Source: Prorocentrum cordatum (taxonomy: Eukaryota). From it: 64,000 nt of DNA. Within the stretch, counting starts at the first letter, position 1. Each line of letters opens with the position of its first letter. The stretch is taken from NCBI GenBank assembly GCA_963575745.1, contig CAUYUJ010000314.1, forward strand, positions 434,001 through 498,000. Direction: 5' to 3'. A program made the translations under genes and the position numbers. Below the pieces are notes generated by a model. The model worked only from the letters and a program-made list of their open reading frames with translations, was not told the DNA's origin and made no database searches. Positions 33,759 to 47,380 of this stretch are shown here, one piece after another.

Positions 33759-36066
33759 GCGCGGCCGTGACGAGCTCGGTGATTGCGGGGTTGTCCCAAC
33801 GGCTTGCTCCCGCGCCCCAGCGGCTCGCGCGGTTGCCCCAACGGGCCGGCCCGCGGGGTTGTCCCAACGGCCGCGCGGCGCGGCCGTTCGAGAATGCGCC
33901 CGCGCTGGCCGAAGCGGCGACAGCGTCGAAGAAAATCGACGCGCGCTCTTGCAATAGCAACGAAGCAAACAGCAGGAGGGCGAGGCAAGAGCAACGCAGG
34001 GAGCGGGTGAGGGCCCTGCGCCAGGGCGAGAATGATATTGCGCAGAGAAGACAATAAGGGCGCTTCACTTATCGCGAGGACGACAGTGAAGGTTATTTCC
34101 AGATTCGCCGAACGGATTTTCATGTGGGGTCTTTTCGTCGGAGTAAGTAGTTTGCTGCCATGGGCCGCTTGGAAGCCTTTCCAGAAGCGATTACAAAACG
34201 ATGTTAGAATGCAGTTTTCAAAACGATGCGGTTGTATGTTTTCGTGTGTTGATAATGTCCCTAACGGAAGTGTTATTTTCGGCAGTCTCCCAGGCGCTCT
34301 CAGGAAGCACTTCGAGAACGATGTCAAAACGAGGTTGGGAACATTTCATTGTTTGAGGATGTCCCTAACGAAAGTCAGATTTCCTGCCATGCTCCTTTTT
34401 TCTGGTCCGCCGTGCCGCCGCTCGTTTTTTAGGATGTCTCGAGCGAGAACGCAGTTTTCAACATACGATGTAGTAGAACACCTCCGTCGACACTTCATTT
34501 CGGTTAGGATGTCCCAGGCGAAACGCACACGGTTCCTGGCGACGATTTCGCGACGATCAACTGTTCGAGGGCGTTTCGAGCGAAACGCTGACTTGTGTCA
34601 AACGCGATGTCGCGAAGGTTTTTGTGAAGATGTCTCAAGCGTAATCGTGTTTTTGAGGAGTCCGCTCGCCCTCGATGCCGTGCGATCCGCCACCCTATAA
34701 TAGTAATGCGTGTATTAAATGAAGCTGATTCAGCCAAAACGTCCAGCTCGCTTCGAGTACCTCGAAAACGCTTCACGTCATCCGCCAGCGAGGTTCGGGG
34801 TGCGATGCGGACCCCATAAGTAGAGAAAAACAGATTCATCAAGACGGCCCACGCCAGAGGCGCTTCCCGTCACACCTCGACGATTGTTTGGTTACCAACG
34901 AAGATGTGAACAGGGCGCTCCACCGTGGCGGTCTGGCGGTGGAGGGCCAGGGTTTCGGCTCTCTGCGCCAACTGGGCCAGGCCTTGTTCCCGTGTCGAGT
35001 AGTTGAAGCGCTGGTTGGGCCGCAAAACGCGCCGTAGTTCGCCAGGGCCAGGAAAAGGGGCGCGCTTGGTGCGAGCAGGCCCCGTCGGTGGCCGCGTAAA
35101 CCTATCGCCGCTCCATTGTTGTTGAACATTATTAATTCTAAAGAATAATTATTGTTGGGCCCCCTGGTGCACGCCCCCCCTGCGCCGCCTAGGCCGCAGC
35201 TGCATTTTCATCATTTTCGTGAGGAACCCTCAGGTAAAACGATGTGATCCAGATCCGGTTGTTTTGTTGTAATCCGTTTTCCCTTGCAAAAAACACTATA
35301 AAATTACATTTCTTGTTCTAATATAATCAAATTTCAAGAATCCCTTGCAAAAAATAAGGTAAAGTGGACATTCGCGCGCGCAAGACGAAATCCTTCCAAA
35401 AGCTTAGTGTTCGGAGCGATTTTAACATAAAAACATCAAAAAACCAATGGTTTTTCAACAAAAAAATGTCAAAATCTCATCCCGCGCGCTCTTGCGGATT
35501 CGTAGGAAACCCAACACTTTTTAAACATTTCTGTCAAACGGGCTTTTGCGAGCAACTTTTTCGAACTTCTGCGACAACGGTTGCGCACCTGCCAGGGCCA
35601 TCATCCCTGTCAAATAATACCATGCGGGACACATTCGTTTTTTCTTCGCGCGCGCACGCCGAAATCTCCAAAAACCATTGGGTTCTTAAGAATTTTAGCA
35701 CCGCGCATCATAAAATCACACGAATCGCACCGTAGGTCCTCGAAAAACACCTGCACGACTTTTCAAAATTTCCACCCGCGCGCGCTGTCCGAATCCTAAA
35801 AAAACCAATGGTTTTCCAACATTTATGTTACATGAGCTCGCGCGAGCTACTTTCGCACGCTCTTGCAACGGGGTTCGCGCGCCTGCCAGGGGCCAGAATC
35901 CCTTGCGGTTGCGCCATATGTTGCGCCCTCGGCCGCCGAGAATATAACGTCCCACATCCCTCAGGAATTTGCCCTAAAGATGTGATCAACTATCTTGTGA
36001 GTACGTATCATGTGTATCATGTGTATCATGTACCATATGCATCATATGCAACAGATGTTCTGTGGA

Positions 36067-36147
36067 AGGCTTAACAACTTCTGTGGGTTAACAAGGCTTA
36101 ACAACTTCTGTGGGTGTACGAACGTAGGCTTAACAACTTCTGTGGGT
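36067..36147 (+). repeat. 3 x 22-bp direct repeat AGGCTTAACAACTTCTGTGGGT with 5- and 10-nt spacers
   Basis: Copies at 36067, 36094 and 36126. Confidence 0.9.
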
Positions 36148-36362
36148 GTGTACTCCACGCCAGTGTAGTAGCCACGGTCGTCCGCAGGCCACGAAGTGAA
36201 GTGTCCGAACGTCATAGGGCGGGAAGCTGGGTGTGGGTGGTGGCGAAGAGTCGTGTGGATATTTGGTAGAGCTTGCACTGCCCCCCCACAAAGTGGGGGT
36301 ATTGGCTGGCGTCGCATGAAAACCCTGGCACTGGTGAGAACACTGAGCGTTCGGGTGAAGTG

Positions 36363-36398
<36 letters not shown>

Positions 36399-36672
36399 GA
36401 ACCTTAATGACCCAACAATTTTTTATTGTTGGACCCCTTAAATCCGCTTTGGCGTTCTCGCCTAGGCGCCGGCTGCATTTCCTCTGAAATTGAGGCTCAC
36501 GCTCAGGCGTTTCGGGGGTGCGCCAAAAGCGGCCCCCCAACAACAACAACGCTCCGGCTCGATACTTCCTCCTTTTTTATTCAGGCCCGGTGCTTTTGCT
36601 CGCCGCCGAGAGCCCGCTTCCCCACCAGACCGGCGCTCCGGCTCGATACTTCCTCCCTTTTTACTCATCATC

Positions 36673-36716
<44 letters not shown>

Positions 36717-37439
36717 TTCTCTTCGGCTTCCGCAAGCGCCCCCCCCTACAACAACGGCGCTCCCGCTCGAGACTTTCTCATTGTTTACTCTAGACTGGGG
36801 CCCTTGTTGCGGCATCCCCTCTGGGGGGCTTCCAGAGTCCCTGTGGAAACCCTACTTCTTCCCTTTTTACGGCTCCCCTCTTCGGCTTCCGCAAACGCCC
36901 CCCCTACAACAATCCCGTTCGATACTTCCTTGCCTTTTGCGCAAGACTGGGGCCCTCGTTTCGGCATCGCCTCCGGGGGGCTTCCAGATGCCTTGTGAAA
37001 CCCAGCGTTCCTGCTCCTCGTCCCCGTCCTCCCCCTTGGTCCTCCCCCCCCTCCCCCTCCCCCCCCCTCCTTCCCAATATTCGCTCCTCCCCCTCCGTCG
37101 TCCTCCTCATCCTCCTCTTCCTTTTTCTGCTTCTCCTCCGCGAAGCAGAGCGCGGGCGAAGGTATTTCGAACGCGATTGTCTTTCCAAGCGGAGTAGTTT
37201 GAGGTTCCTCGGAAGAGGTGTTCGCGAGACTTCTTTGGGCGGGAGTTCTGGGTATGGGTATATCGGACCCCCTGCGCCAGGGAAAAAATCCCCCAAATGG
37301 GGATTGTTATCATGATGGAGGCATGTGGCATGTGGAAGCATGGCGCATGAGGGTAAAGTGATTGTTGTTGTTGTTGGTGGTGATGGTGGTGGTGGTGTTG
37401 TTGCTGTTGTTGTTGTTGCTGCTGCTGCTGTTGTTGTTG

Positions 37440-37870
37440 CGTCGCAATATTCTTCATAGACGTCGGGGTCTTCGGCCTCGGGCGGCGGCCGTGGGAGAGG
37501 CTGCGGCATGACGCAATGGGCTAAGTCAGCTTGGAGATCACGGAGTCGAGGGTATTCTCCGAGGAGGCCGCAGCGGAGCGCATGTGGGGGCAAGTCGCGC
37601 CATTGGTCTGGGGGGGCTACGTCGGCTAGATCCCTGCACTTGTGGGCCCACCAGGGACATCGCCAGATGGTGTGCTCCTGTGTCTCGTCCTCCCGCCGCG
37701 CCAACGGCACAAGGGAGGAAGTGTCCGCAGAAGTTCCGGCACGGGCTGGCCGCTGCTGGGCGTGGCCACCCCCGCAGAGGCAGTTGTGCTACAGTTCCAG
37801 CTGCGAGGAGGTGCATCGGGCCTTGCCTTTTGGCCCGCTGCAGCCACGCGGTGGCCTAGTAGTCGATGCC
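37440..37870 (-). pseudogene. Decayed non-LTR retrotransposon fragment (zinc-binding region downstream of RT)
   Basis: EDETQEHTIWRCPWW...LPPHALRCGLL matches the CxxC...ETxxHxxWxCP pattern of LINE ORF2; the CxxC is degenerate. Confidence 0.65.
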
Positions 37871-37995
37871 CAGTCGCGCCGCCGCCGGCGCTCCGAGGTC
37901 GCGGCTGGCGGCGGGGGCGCGGGGGAGAAAGGGTCAGCGCCGTGGGTGAGGAGGCCTAGTGGGAGAGGAAGACAGGAGAGGGGGGTGCCCCAGTC

Positions 37996-38194
37996 TAGGG
38001 GAACAAAAGGTGACATAAACATAAAAACTCGGAGGTCCGCGCGGATTTTTCGGATCGGCGGTGGGGCCCCCCGGCGGCGCCTCCGGCGCCGCCCCTGGCG
38101 CGCTCCGCGCGCCAGGGATGGGGGGTCCAGCGCCGATCCGAGAAATCCGCGCGGACCTCCGAGTTGCTATGTTTATGCCACCTTTTGTTCCCCA
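37996..38194. mobile_element. MITE family A, full copy (partial copies also at ~41370-41450 and ~48765-48900)
   Basis: taggggaacaaaaggtgacataaacataaaaactcggagg...atgtttatgccaccttttgttcccc. Confidence 0.9.
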
Positions 38195-39279
38195 GCGGTC
38201 GTCGAGCATCGCGCCGAAGGACGGCCATGTCCAGTCGATTCCAGTCCAGCTGGGCAACAACGCGCCGCGCTCCGCCTGTGCTGCCGCCGCCCTGGAAGCC
38301 GTGCGCGCGGTCGCGCGCTTCCTCGGCCTTGGCGCTGCGACGGGCGTCCCGTCGCGCCCGGCGGCGCGCGCCGAGGAGGGCTCGGCGCCGGGTGGCACGC
38401 TCGATTCGGGGGCGCGGCCCGGAGCGACTGGGGCGAAGAGGGCCCGCGGGGACGTCCGGGCGCGCCCCTCGGGGCGGATGGCAGGAGGGCGCTCCAGTGA
38501 TGGCTCTGGACCTCGAGGCGGGGCGCCCAGACGTCGGCGCCCCCTCGCGCGCGCGCTGGACGCCAAGGGGCCCCGCTGACGAGGCCCTACGAGGCCCCCG
38601 CGCACGCGCCCTCGGAGAGGTGACCTATGCGCGGTCGCCTCGCGACCGCTCGGCGGGCGCGGGCGTCGGCCGTAGCAGATAGGTCGAGGTTTGCTGTGCT
38701 CAGGGCTGGTGCTGCGTCGAGGTAGCTGCCGGCCAGCTTCACCTGGCGGCGGGTCTTCCAGGGCTGGCCGTAGTTATGAAAAACGAGACGGGCAGAGGGT
38801 GTTTTCTCCGGCTGCTGTTTCTCGATCGTCATCTCTGGCGCCTGGCAGAAGCAACGACGGCAATCCAGGGCGAAACATCGGCATCAAATGAGCTTGACAA
38901 GTGCAGTGGGAACCCAAGCCAGAAGCACCCCGCTTGCCTCCAGGGTGCCCTGGGTTTCTTGCGCTTCGATGGTTTTGCTATGGAAAGCGTGACGTTCCCG
39001 CACCAGAAACCAATGGACGTCCTGGGGTCTCAGGGTTGGGTTTCTTCTGGGAGGTTTCCTGTGGTCGAGCTCCTACTCTAGGGCGGACATTTCCGCCCTA
39101 CTTGCGACATCGCCCAAGCTGCGGCGCATCTGAAGTCAGGGCGTCCCCCGCCTCGGGCCATGGCCGGGGGTCGGCGCGCCTGGCTCCACGGGCCCAGCGC
39201 CCGGCCTCTCCGCCGGGCGGGTCCCTCCAGGGAGGATCGAGGGGTCCTGCAACACTCCGCGACGCCTAGAGCAAGTCTC

Positions 39280-39440
39280 AGGAGGGGAAACAACACACAG
39301 ACACAATGAATCGTCGATCCCCAGGAAGATATGGGAAAATATGGGAAGTGGGGGGGAAGACAACAATCCAGAAAATATGGGAAAATGTGGGGAATATGTT
39401 TATTTGTGTGCATTTACTTGTGCGTCCTGGGGCCCCTTCA
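39280..39440 (+). repeat. ~160-bp dispersed repeat, copy 2
   Basis: Homologous to 1990-2150. Confidence 0.85.
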
Positions 39441-40431
39441 AAGTTTTGCGGACCCCCCTCTTGCCCCGAATTTCAGCACTCGGTTGGGCGCGCGGCACGG
39501 TCTGCGGACGGCCGCCGACACCTAGGAAGTCACTTGGTGTCGGCAGCAGCATTGGAATTGGGGGGCATGGGGGCGCCGACGCGGCGCAGGAAAACCTTAA
39601 CTTCCGTGTGGCGGAAGGATCCCCTCCCCCTTCCCAGGAGCGATGCGACACCTTCAGGTTGTCCTTCGACGGGGGCGGCGAGCGCGGCGAGGCTGCCGGT
39701 GGCCCGACGGCCCGCTGCCAAGGGGGCTGGGTTTGGGGAGAAGAAGGCAAGTTTCTTCAGGGATGACGGGCCCGTTTCCCGGTGGAGGGGCTTGTCCCTG
39801 ACTCCAGAACCGCCATGCCATGGGCGCTTTTCCGACTCACAATCGTGCCGGGAATGCACCCTACACGATGCGAAAAGGTAAGGCGGAAGTGTCCGCCTCG
39901 GAGAAGTAGGGCGGATAGTTCCGCAAAAGTATAGCGGACACAGCGACGGCAAAGTAGCTCGGAGACCGACATGACAGGAGCTTGAACATAATGGCGGACA
40001 TGTCCACCTGCGAAATCGCTCAACGCACGGCGAGCACGGAGTCAGGGGAAGGCCCTGTAAGATGGCGGCAGTGAGCATCGGGTTTCTTGGTGTGGCACCT
40101 CCTGCTCTCTGGCTGCGGAGACGTGGGCAGAAGGGGGGCAGAAAGGGGGCAGAGGCTGGCAACGCGCAGAGGGGGCTAGGGGGAGGTGGGAGAGCTTCTA
40201 GCAGCACCCCTGCTTCTCAGAAGGCGCGGGCCTTGTCTGTAGATGTAAGGCCCGCGCCGTCTGAGAAGCAGCCTCCTTCGAAGAAGCCTTCCCCCATCCC
40301 CCTACACCGCTCTGCGCGCAGGGGGCAGGAAGGACTGGGAGAGGGGATGGGGCAGAGGGCTGGCGGGCTCGGCGGAAGCGGGGAGGGTCCATCAGCTGCC
40401 ACCACCGGGCCTGCACTCAGCACGGAGCACC

Positions 40432-40576
40432 GAGGACGAGGAGGAGGAGGAGGAGGAGGAGGAGGAAAAGGAAGAGGTGGAACTCAGAGGCCGAGAAAGC
40501 GAGAGAGAGAGAGAGAAAGAGAGACAAGGAGGAGGAGGAGGAGGAGGAGGAGGAGGAGGAGGAGGAGGAGGAGAGG

Positions 40577-40614
<38 letters not shown>

Positions 40615-41262
40615 AGGAGGAGGAGGAGGAGGAGGAGGAAGAGCGGAGGAGGAGGATGAGGAGGAAGGAGGAGGAGGAGGAGGAGGAGGAGGAGGGGGAG
40701 GAGGAGGAGGATGGAGGAGGAGGAGGAGGAGGAGGAGGAGGAGGAGGAGGAGGAGGAGGAGGAGGAGGAGGAGGAGGAGGAGGAGAGGAGGAGGAGGAGG
40801 AGGAGGAGGGGGAGGGGGAGGGGGAGGGGGAGGGGGAGGGGGAGGGGGAGGGGGAGGGGGAGGGGGAGGGGGGGGGGGGAGGGGGAGGGGAGGGGAGCGG
40901 GAGGGGGAGGGGGAGCGGGGGAGCGGGAGGGGGAGGGGGAGGGGGAGGGGGAGGGGAAGGGGGAGGGGGAGGGGGAGGGGGAGGGAGAGGGGGAGGGGGA
41001 GGAGGAGGAGGAGGAGGAGGAGGAGGAGGAGGAGGAGGAGGAGGAGGAGGAGGAGGAGGAGGAGGAGGAGAGGAGGAGGAGGAGGAGGAGGAGGAGGAGG
41101 AGGAGGAGGAGGAGGAGGAGGAGGAGGAGGAGGAGGAGGAGGAGGAGGAGGAGGAGGAGGAGGAGAGGAGGAGGAGGAGGAGGAGGAGGAGGAGGAGGAG
41201 GAGGAGGAGGAGGAGGAGGAGGAGGAGGAGGAGGAGGAGGAGGAGGAGGAGGAGGAGGAGGA
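40432..41262. repeat. (GAG)n/(GGGGAG)n polypurine tract
   Basis: Direct reading. Confidence 0.95.
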
Positions 41263-42260
41263 AGTGGCCCAAAAGAGCCAGAAGAGGCCCTCGTGAAGGC
41301 CCTAACGGTCCCAAGAGGGCTCCAAGATGACCTCAGGGGGCCCCTCAGCAGTGCTCATTCAGTGGCTTCGGGGGGCAAACACTTGGGAGGTTCGCGCGGA
41401 TTCCTGGGATCGGCGCTGGGCCCCCCTGGCGGCGCCTTCGGCGCCGGTATAGGAGGAGATGCTGGACGATCGCGACTGCGGGGACCGGGGGAGGGATGGA
41501 GGGCGAGAGAGAGGGGAAGAGGGGAATTCCTGTTGTGTAATCGTGGAAGGGGGGGGACGGAGGGAGGACGAGGAGGGACGGAGACGAGGGACGGAGAGGA
41601 GGAGTAAGAGAGGAGGGAGGGAGGGAGGGAGGGAGGGAGGGAGGGAGGGAGGGAGGGAGGGAGGAGGAGGGGTTGGAGGGAGGGAGGGGAGGACCCCGTG
41701 GCCCCCTCCCGCGAACACAGGCCGCCGAGTGGCGCCTGCAGCTCACGGCGGACGCCCGGCGCCGGGCATCTGCGCACTGCGCCGACGCGGAGCGCAGGGC
41801 GCTGGCGCAGGAGCCCAGTTCTTGTTTTGCATGTCCCACTCCGGGAATTCGCTCTTGCCTCCTCCCGGCCCGCTCGAGCGCGCGTGCGGACTCCCTCTGC
41901 CGCGCTGCGACGCAAAAATGTTTTAAGATCGAGGCCGGTTCTGAAGGGGTATCCTCAAATTCTTCGTAAGTGCGGGATGCTATTGTGCATACTGGGGGAG
42001 GGCACCCTCGAATGTTCCTCGGTTTGGGCCTGCGGAGGGTCTCATGTTCTTGGGGGATGTTTTTCTGTCCTAGGTCCTACCGTATTGTAGGTGGAGTCCG
42101 TGGCCAACCCACTTGCAGGAAAGGCGTGTCAGCGTGTTCCTGCAAGCTGTTCTGCGCGAGCTCGGCGTCGCAAGAACCAGATTCCCAGCATCTCCGTTGA
42201 CCAACATCGCCGTCAGCGCGGCCTCGGGAATGGCTGCACGTCGGCACGCACGTGAAGGCT

Positions 42261-42428
42261 TACAGTGCCGTTTTTTATACATGCTCCGCGAGCGGATCAT
42301 GTATTGAAGATGCAGGGTTTAGTATTAAAAGCAGCGATGAGTTCATGCATCAATTTATGCATGACTTGATCATGCATTCAACACAAATATTTTATAAGAA
42401 AAACGTATGTATTAAAGACTGCCCTGTA
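42261..42428. mobile_element. MITE family D, Tc1/mariner/pogo-like (TA-CAG...CTG-TA), copy 1
   Basis: ~20-bp TIRs tacagtgccgttttttatac / gtattaaagactgccctgta, AT-rich interior, three copies in the window. Confidence 0.8.
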
Positions 42429-42679
42429 GCCCGACCTCCGCTGGAGCCCCTGCGGCCGCTGACGCAAACGAGTTTTCTTGTTCTGCATGTTTAGCATAAG
42501 GGATGAGCCGGGTAACCCGAGGGGGTTTTGTTGGTGGCCACCCCGCGGCCGCCCGTGGCCGCCCACCTCCGTACAGAGTTTCCACCTCGACGGCGCAACA
42601 ACTCGCTGTTCGGGCCCGCGCTGGCTAAGATTGCTTGTTTTGTAGGGGGAGTCCAGGTATCTTTAATTTTCGCTTATGT

Positions 42680-43220
42680 GCACCGCTACACCGTTACACC
42701 GTCAGCGCAACGGTATAACGCAACACCGTTACGCCGTGAGCTGCAACGGTGTAGCGCTACAGAGTTACACCGATGCACCATTAGCGCAGCGAGGTCGGAT
42801 TACACCGTTACACCGTGAGCCGCAGCGGTGTAGGTTTACACCGCTACACCGTTAGTTGCACCAGTGCAGGGCTGCACCGCTACACCATTACACCGTTAGC
42901 CGCAACGGCTACGACAGGTCCCACAGCAGTCCAGGCCCCCCCCCAAGAGGTCAGCAAGGCCACTCCAGTCACCGACTGAAGGGACCTACACGGCACTTTC
43001 CCCAAACAAATATTGTGTAGGTCCCTTCAGTCGCTGGCTGGACCACGTGGCGCGCCAACAGATTGAGACATGGGGGTCTGGACGGCTGGAAGCTGTCATG
43101 CTCCGTTGTAGTCAATGGTGAAGCTGTGCATCGTTACGTTGTTGCGGCCAATGGTGTCACGGTGTAGCGGTACAGTCTTGCACCGTGGCGGCTAATGGTG
43201 CGCCGTGCAGGGTTGCAGCA
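42680..43220. repeat. Foldback-like structure: TACACCG repeats on the left, CGGTGTA-like repeats on the right, central 19-bp perfect hairpin
   Basis: cgactgaagggacctacac (42973-42991) / gtgtaggtcccttcagtcg (43015-43033); related repeats at ~47890-48160. Confidence 0.7.
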
Positions 43221-43229
43221 TGACGCCCC

Positions 43230-46200
43230 CACAGCTATCTAGACCTTCATGAGGTCCCCAAGGAGCATCCAAAAGACCGCCCTGGTGAGGCCCGGGGATC
43301 AAAACACATCATCAAAATGATGAGAGGGTCCAGATGACGAAGAAAGCTCTTAACGCCAGAGCTCCCAAGAGCGAACTGTGGCGTAAGAAGCTCGAGACGG
43401 CCGGGCCCGCCGGTCCAGAAGCCACGTGACCCTTGCAATCCCATGGAGGCCAGTGGAGCCCAGTCCGGAGGAGGCCGTCGCGACTTGGGGATCAACCAGC
43501 CGCGCGGGGCCCAGACTGGACAACCCAGCTCGGGAACGATTCCTTTTGAGCCCCAGGAGCCCAGTGAGCCCAACGAGGGTGGTGAGCAGAACGAGGCCCG
43601 CGTCCTGCCGTCGGGCCACACGGGCCATGCGGGGCGGAGGCCGGACAACACCGGCCAGAAGTGGCTTCCTGCGGCCTCTTTGGGCGCAGTCACCCTCACG
43701 AGGTCCACACGAAGAAGGAGGCCAATGACACGTTTGAGAAGCCCAGGAGGAGGAGGAGGAGGAGGAGGAGGAGGAGGAGGAGGAGGAGGAGGAGGAGCAG
43801 GAGGAGGAGGAGGAGGAGGAGGAGGGGAGGTGGAGGTGGAGGAGGAGGAGAGGAGGAGGAGGAGGAGGAGGAGGAGGAGGAGGAGGAGGAGCAGGAGGAG
43901 GTTGGAGGAGGAGGAGGAGGAGGAGGAGGAGGAGGAGGAGAGGAGGATGGAGGAAGAGGAGGAGGAGGAGGAGGAGGAGGAGGAGGAGGAGGAGGAGGAG
44001 GAGGAGGAGGAGGAGGAGGAGGAGAAGGGGCGCCAGGCCCGATGCAGGCCTGGGCGGCTTGAGCGAGCCACGTGCTCACTGCACTCGCAGGGGGCCTACG
44101 GGAGTCGGGGCCGGAGGGCCTCGTCCCGAGCTCGGATGTCGCGAGGCCTGCAGGGCACAGGCCGGAGGACGTCGCTCCCAAGTGACTCCTTGTGAGCCTC
44201 ACGAGCCGGTTCAGCCTGACGAGGGCTATATTGTACAGTGCCGTTTTCAATACGTGCTCCGCGTGCGGATTATGTATTAAAAGATGCAGGGATTCAGTAT
44301 TGAAAACAACGATGAGTTCATGCATAAATGTATTCACACATTAATCATATATTTTTAAAATCGCATGTATTACAAAACTGCCCTGTAAGCAGAATGAGAC
44401 CTATAAGGCCTTTGAAAAGCTCCAGGAACCATATGAACCCTACAATCGCAAGAAGCCCAGTGGAGCCAGGGCCGGAGGATCTCGCTCCGAATCCTACGAG
44501 GTTTGCGGGGCAATCTTGGCCAGAGGAACTTGGCCCGAAATGGCCTAGAAGCCCTATGGGCCCAGTCAGCCTGAGGAGGCCAATGAGCAGAATGAGGCCC
44601 AGAAGGCTTCGCGAAGGGCCAGGAGCCACATGGTCTCTATAATCGCAGGGGGCCCAATGCAGCCAGGACCTGAGGACCTCGTCCCGAATGGGGGCCCCAC
44701 CGATGCTTGCCGGGCCCAGGCCGAAGGACCTCCTGTGAGCCTCATGAGCCCAGTCTGCCTGACGAGGCCCGTGAGCCGAATGAGGCCCAGAGGGCCTGGC
44801 AGAAGGCCGAGGGGCCATGTGATTCCTAGAACTTATAGCTGCAACCGGCCCAGCGGGGCAAGGGCCAGCTGACCCCGACCCGAATTCGATTCTCGGAGCC
44901 CTGTGGGCCAAGGCCGGAGGACTTCGCTCCGACGCGGCCTCCTCGAGGGCCTAAGAGCCCATGCGCAGAGCCGCGGCCGCGCTGCACTGTTCGAGGCCTC
45001 CCTCGAGGGTCGACGGCCCAAGATCCAAGATGCAGGGCGACTTCCTTGGGATGCTCCTCAGGCTTTCCCTGATCGCTGGGAGCTTCTAATTTGGCGGCGC
45101 CTGCGGTCGTGGTTCGGGATCCGTCTCCCTCGTCGGATGCGCGAGCGATGAGAGCTGGCTCGAGAAATCATGCTTCGGGCCCCTCCTGGCGTCTGCCGGC
45201 CCTACCTCAGGACCAGCTCGGGAAGTTCGGCTGCACCCAGCCTGGTCGGGTCTCCCACTGCCTCTCCTGCCTTCGCCTTGTTCATCTCGTCTGTCGTCCT
45301 CGTGCCATCTTCCCTCGCTGTCCACTTCTCCATCTTGGCCTCGGCCTTCCGATCCAGTACCCTGCGTGTGACCTCACGCGTGAGAGTGCCATCCTCGCGA
45401 CACCTTTCTGCTTCTGCATCTGCAACGTAGCGAAGGACGCAACGAAGCGTCAGAGTGGCATGCCACCCTCAGTGCCACAACAACCTGAGGTCGTACGCGC
45501 CTGCGCAGGCGAAGTGATGCCCGAGGAGTACTCTCTTCTGCCTCCGGCCTCCGCCGCTAGGCGCCGACAGGCCTTAGAGATGGCTGTCAGATCGGCGTGC
45601 CCCATGGACGAACGTGCCCGCCTCAAGGTACTGGCGCTCCTCCTCCTCCTCCTCCTCCTCCTCCTCCTCCTCGCGAGACGTTTGAGCAGAATGACGCCCA
45701 GAAGGCTGTGGAACAGCCCCATGAACCACGTGGCCCCTAGACTCACAAGGAGTCCAGTGGTGCCGGTGCTGGTGCCGGAGGATCTCGTCCTGAATTCACG
45801 TTCTACGAGTATTGTGGGGCCAAGGCCACAGGACCTCGCCCCCAGCCGGCTTCCCCAAAGCCCCATGCGCTCAATGAATCTGACGGGGCTTATGAGCAGA
45901 ATGAGGCCCAGAAAGTCTGCGGTAAAGCCGCTGAGCAGTGTGATCTCTATAATCGCAAGGATCCTAGTAGACCCAGCCATGGCCAGATGATCCTCGTCCC
46001 GAATTTAGGTCATACAGCCCTGCGGGGTTAAGGCTGGAGGACGTCGCCTCCAAGTGGTTAGCTGTGAGACCTATGAGCCCAGTCAGCCTAACGAGGCCCG
46101 TGAGCCGAATGAGGCCCAGAAGGCCTTCGCTGAGCCCCTTGAGCCACATGTTCCCTGCAATCGCAAGGAACCCAATGGCGCCAGAGCGTGGGGACCTCGT

Positions 46201-46400
46201 CTCGAACTGGGGCTCCACGAGCCTTGCGTGGCCAAGGCCAGAGGACATCGGCCCGAAGCCTGAGCGTGTACGCCCTACGAGCCCGGTCAACGTAGCGAGG
46301 CCTATGGGCCGAGTGAGGCCCAGAGGGTCTTTGCTGAGCCCCAAGAGCCACGTGACTCCTATCATCAAAAGGCGCCCAATGGAGCCAGGGGCGGAGGACA
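43230..46400 (+). repeat. Degenerate ATGAGCCC/ATGAGGCCC repeat field with embedded GAG runs
   Basis: Recurrent gagc.gaatgaggcccagaagg and aatcgcaagg motifs; the reverse orientation occurs at ~63000-64000. Confidence 0.7.
44234..44387. mobile_element. MITE family D, copy 2
   Basis: tacagtgccgttttcaatac...gtattacaaaactgccctgta. Confidence 0.8.
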
Positions 46401-46447
46401 CCGTCCCGAGTCGTCGTCGTTGTCGTCGTCGTCGTCGCCGTCGTATG

Positions 46448-46494
<47 letters not shown>

Positions 46495-46659
46495 CGACCC
46501 CCCCCTGACGTTGCCACGACGGGCCCGGTCGGCGCGAGCGCCGCGAGGGGCAGGAGGAGGGTGAGGATGGAGAAGAGGGACGGCGACTCGAGCGCCATTA
46601 GATCATAGCTCACAGGGGGAGGAGGAGAGGAAGGAGGACGAGGGCGAAGATGAAACGGT

Positions 46660-46995
46660 GGAGTGGTGATGATGCTGCTGATGATGTTGCTGTTGGTGAT
46701 GATGAGGATGGCGATCATGATGATGTCGATGCTGATGATGCTGATGATGATGATGATGATGCTGGTGATGATGCTGAGGATGATGATGATGACGCTGATG
46801 ACCAACATGCTGATGATGATGCTGTTGACAATGATGATGACGATGATGATGATGCTGATGATGATGATGATGACGATGACGATGGTGATGATTATGATGA
46901 TGGTGATGATGATGGGTATGATGATGATACTGTTGATGATGCTGTTGACAATGGTGATGACGGGGTTGTTGTTGTTGATGGTGATGATGCTGCTC

Positions 46996-47043
<48 letters not shown>

Positions 47044-47094
47044 CTGATGCTGATGCTGATGCTGATGCTGATGCTGATGCTGATGATGATGATT

Positions 47095-47169
<75 letters not shown>

Positions 47170-47380
47170 GTAGTGGTGGTGGTGGTGATTATGATGACGA
47201 TGGTGATGAGGATGGATGAGGAGGGATGAGGAGGGATGAGGATGGATGAGGAGGAGAAGATGGAGGAGGAAGAAGGGGAGGAGGAGAAAGGGGAGGAGGA
47301 GGAGGAGGAGGAGGAGGAGGAGGAGGAGGAGGAGGAGGAGGAGGAGGAGAAAGGGGAGGAGGAGGAGGAGGAGGAGAGAG
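46660..47380. repeat. (GAT)n then (GAG)n microsatellite
   Basis: Direct reading. Confidence 0.95.

Noticed and set aside
39600..39800. FRLSFDGGGERGEAAGG as an RNase H N-terminus
   Set aside because: A single short motif with no downstream RNase H motifs discernible.
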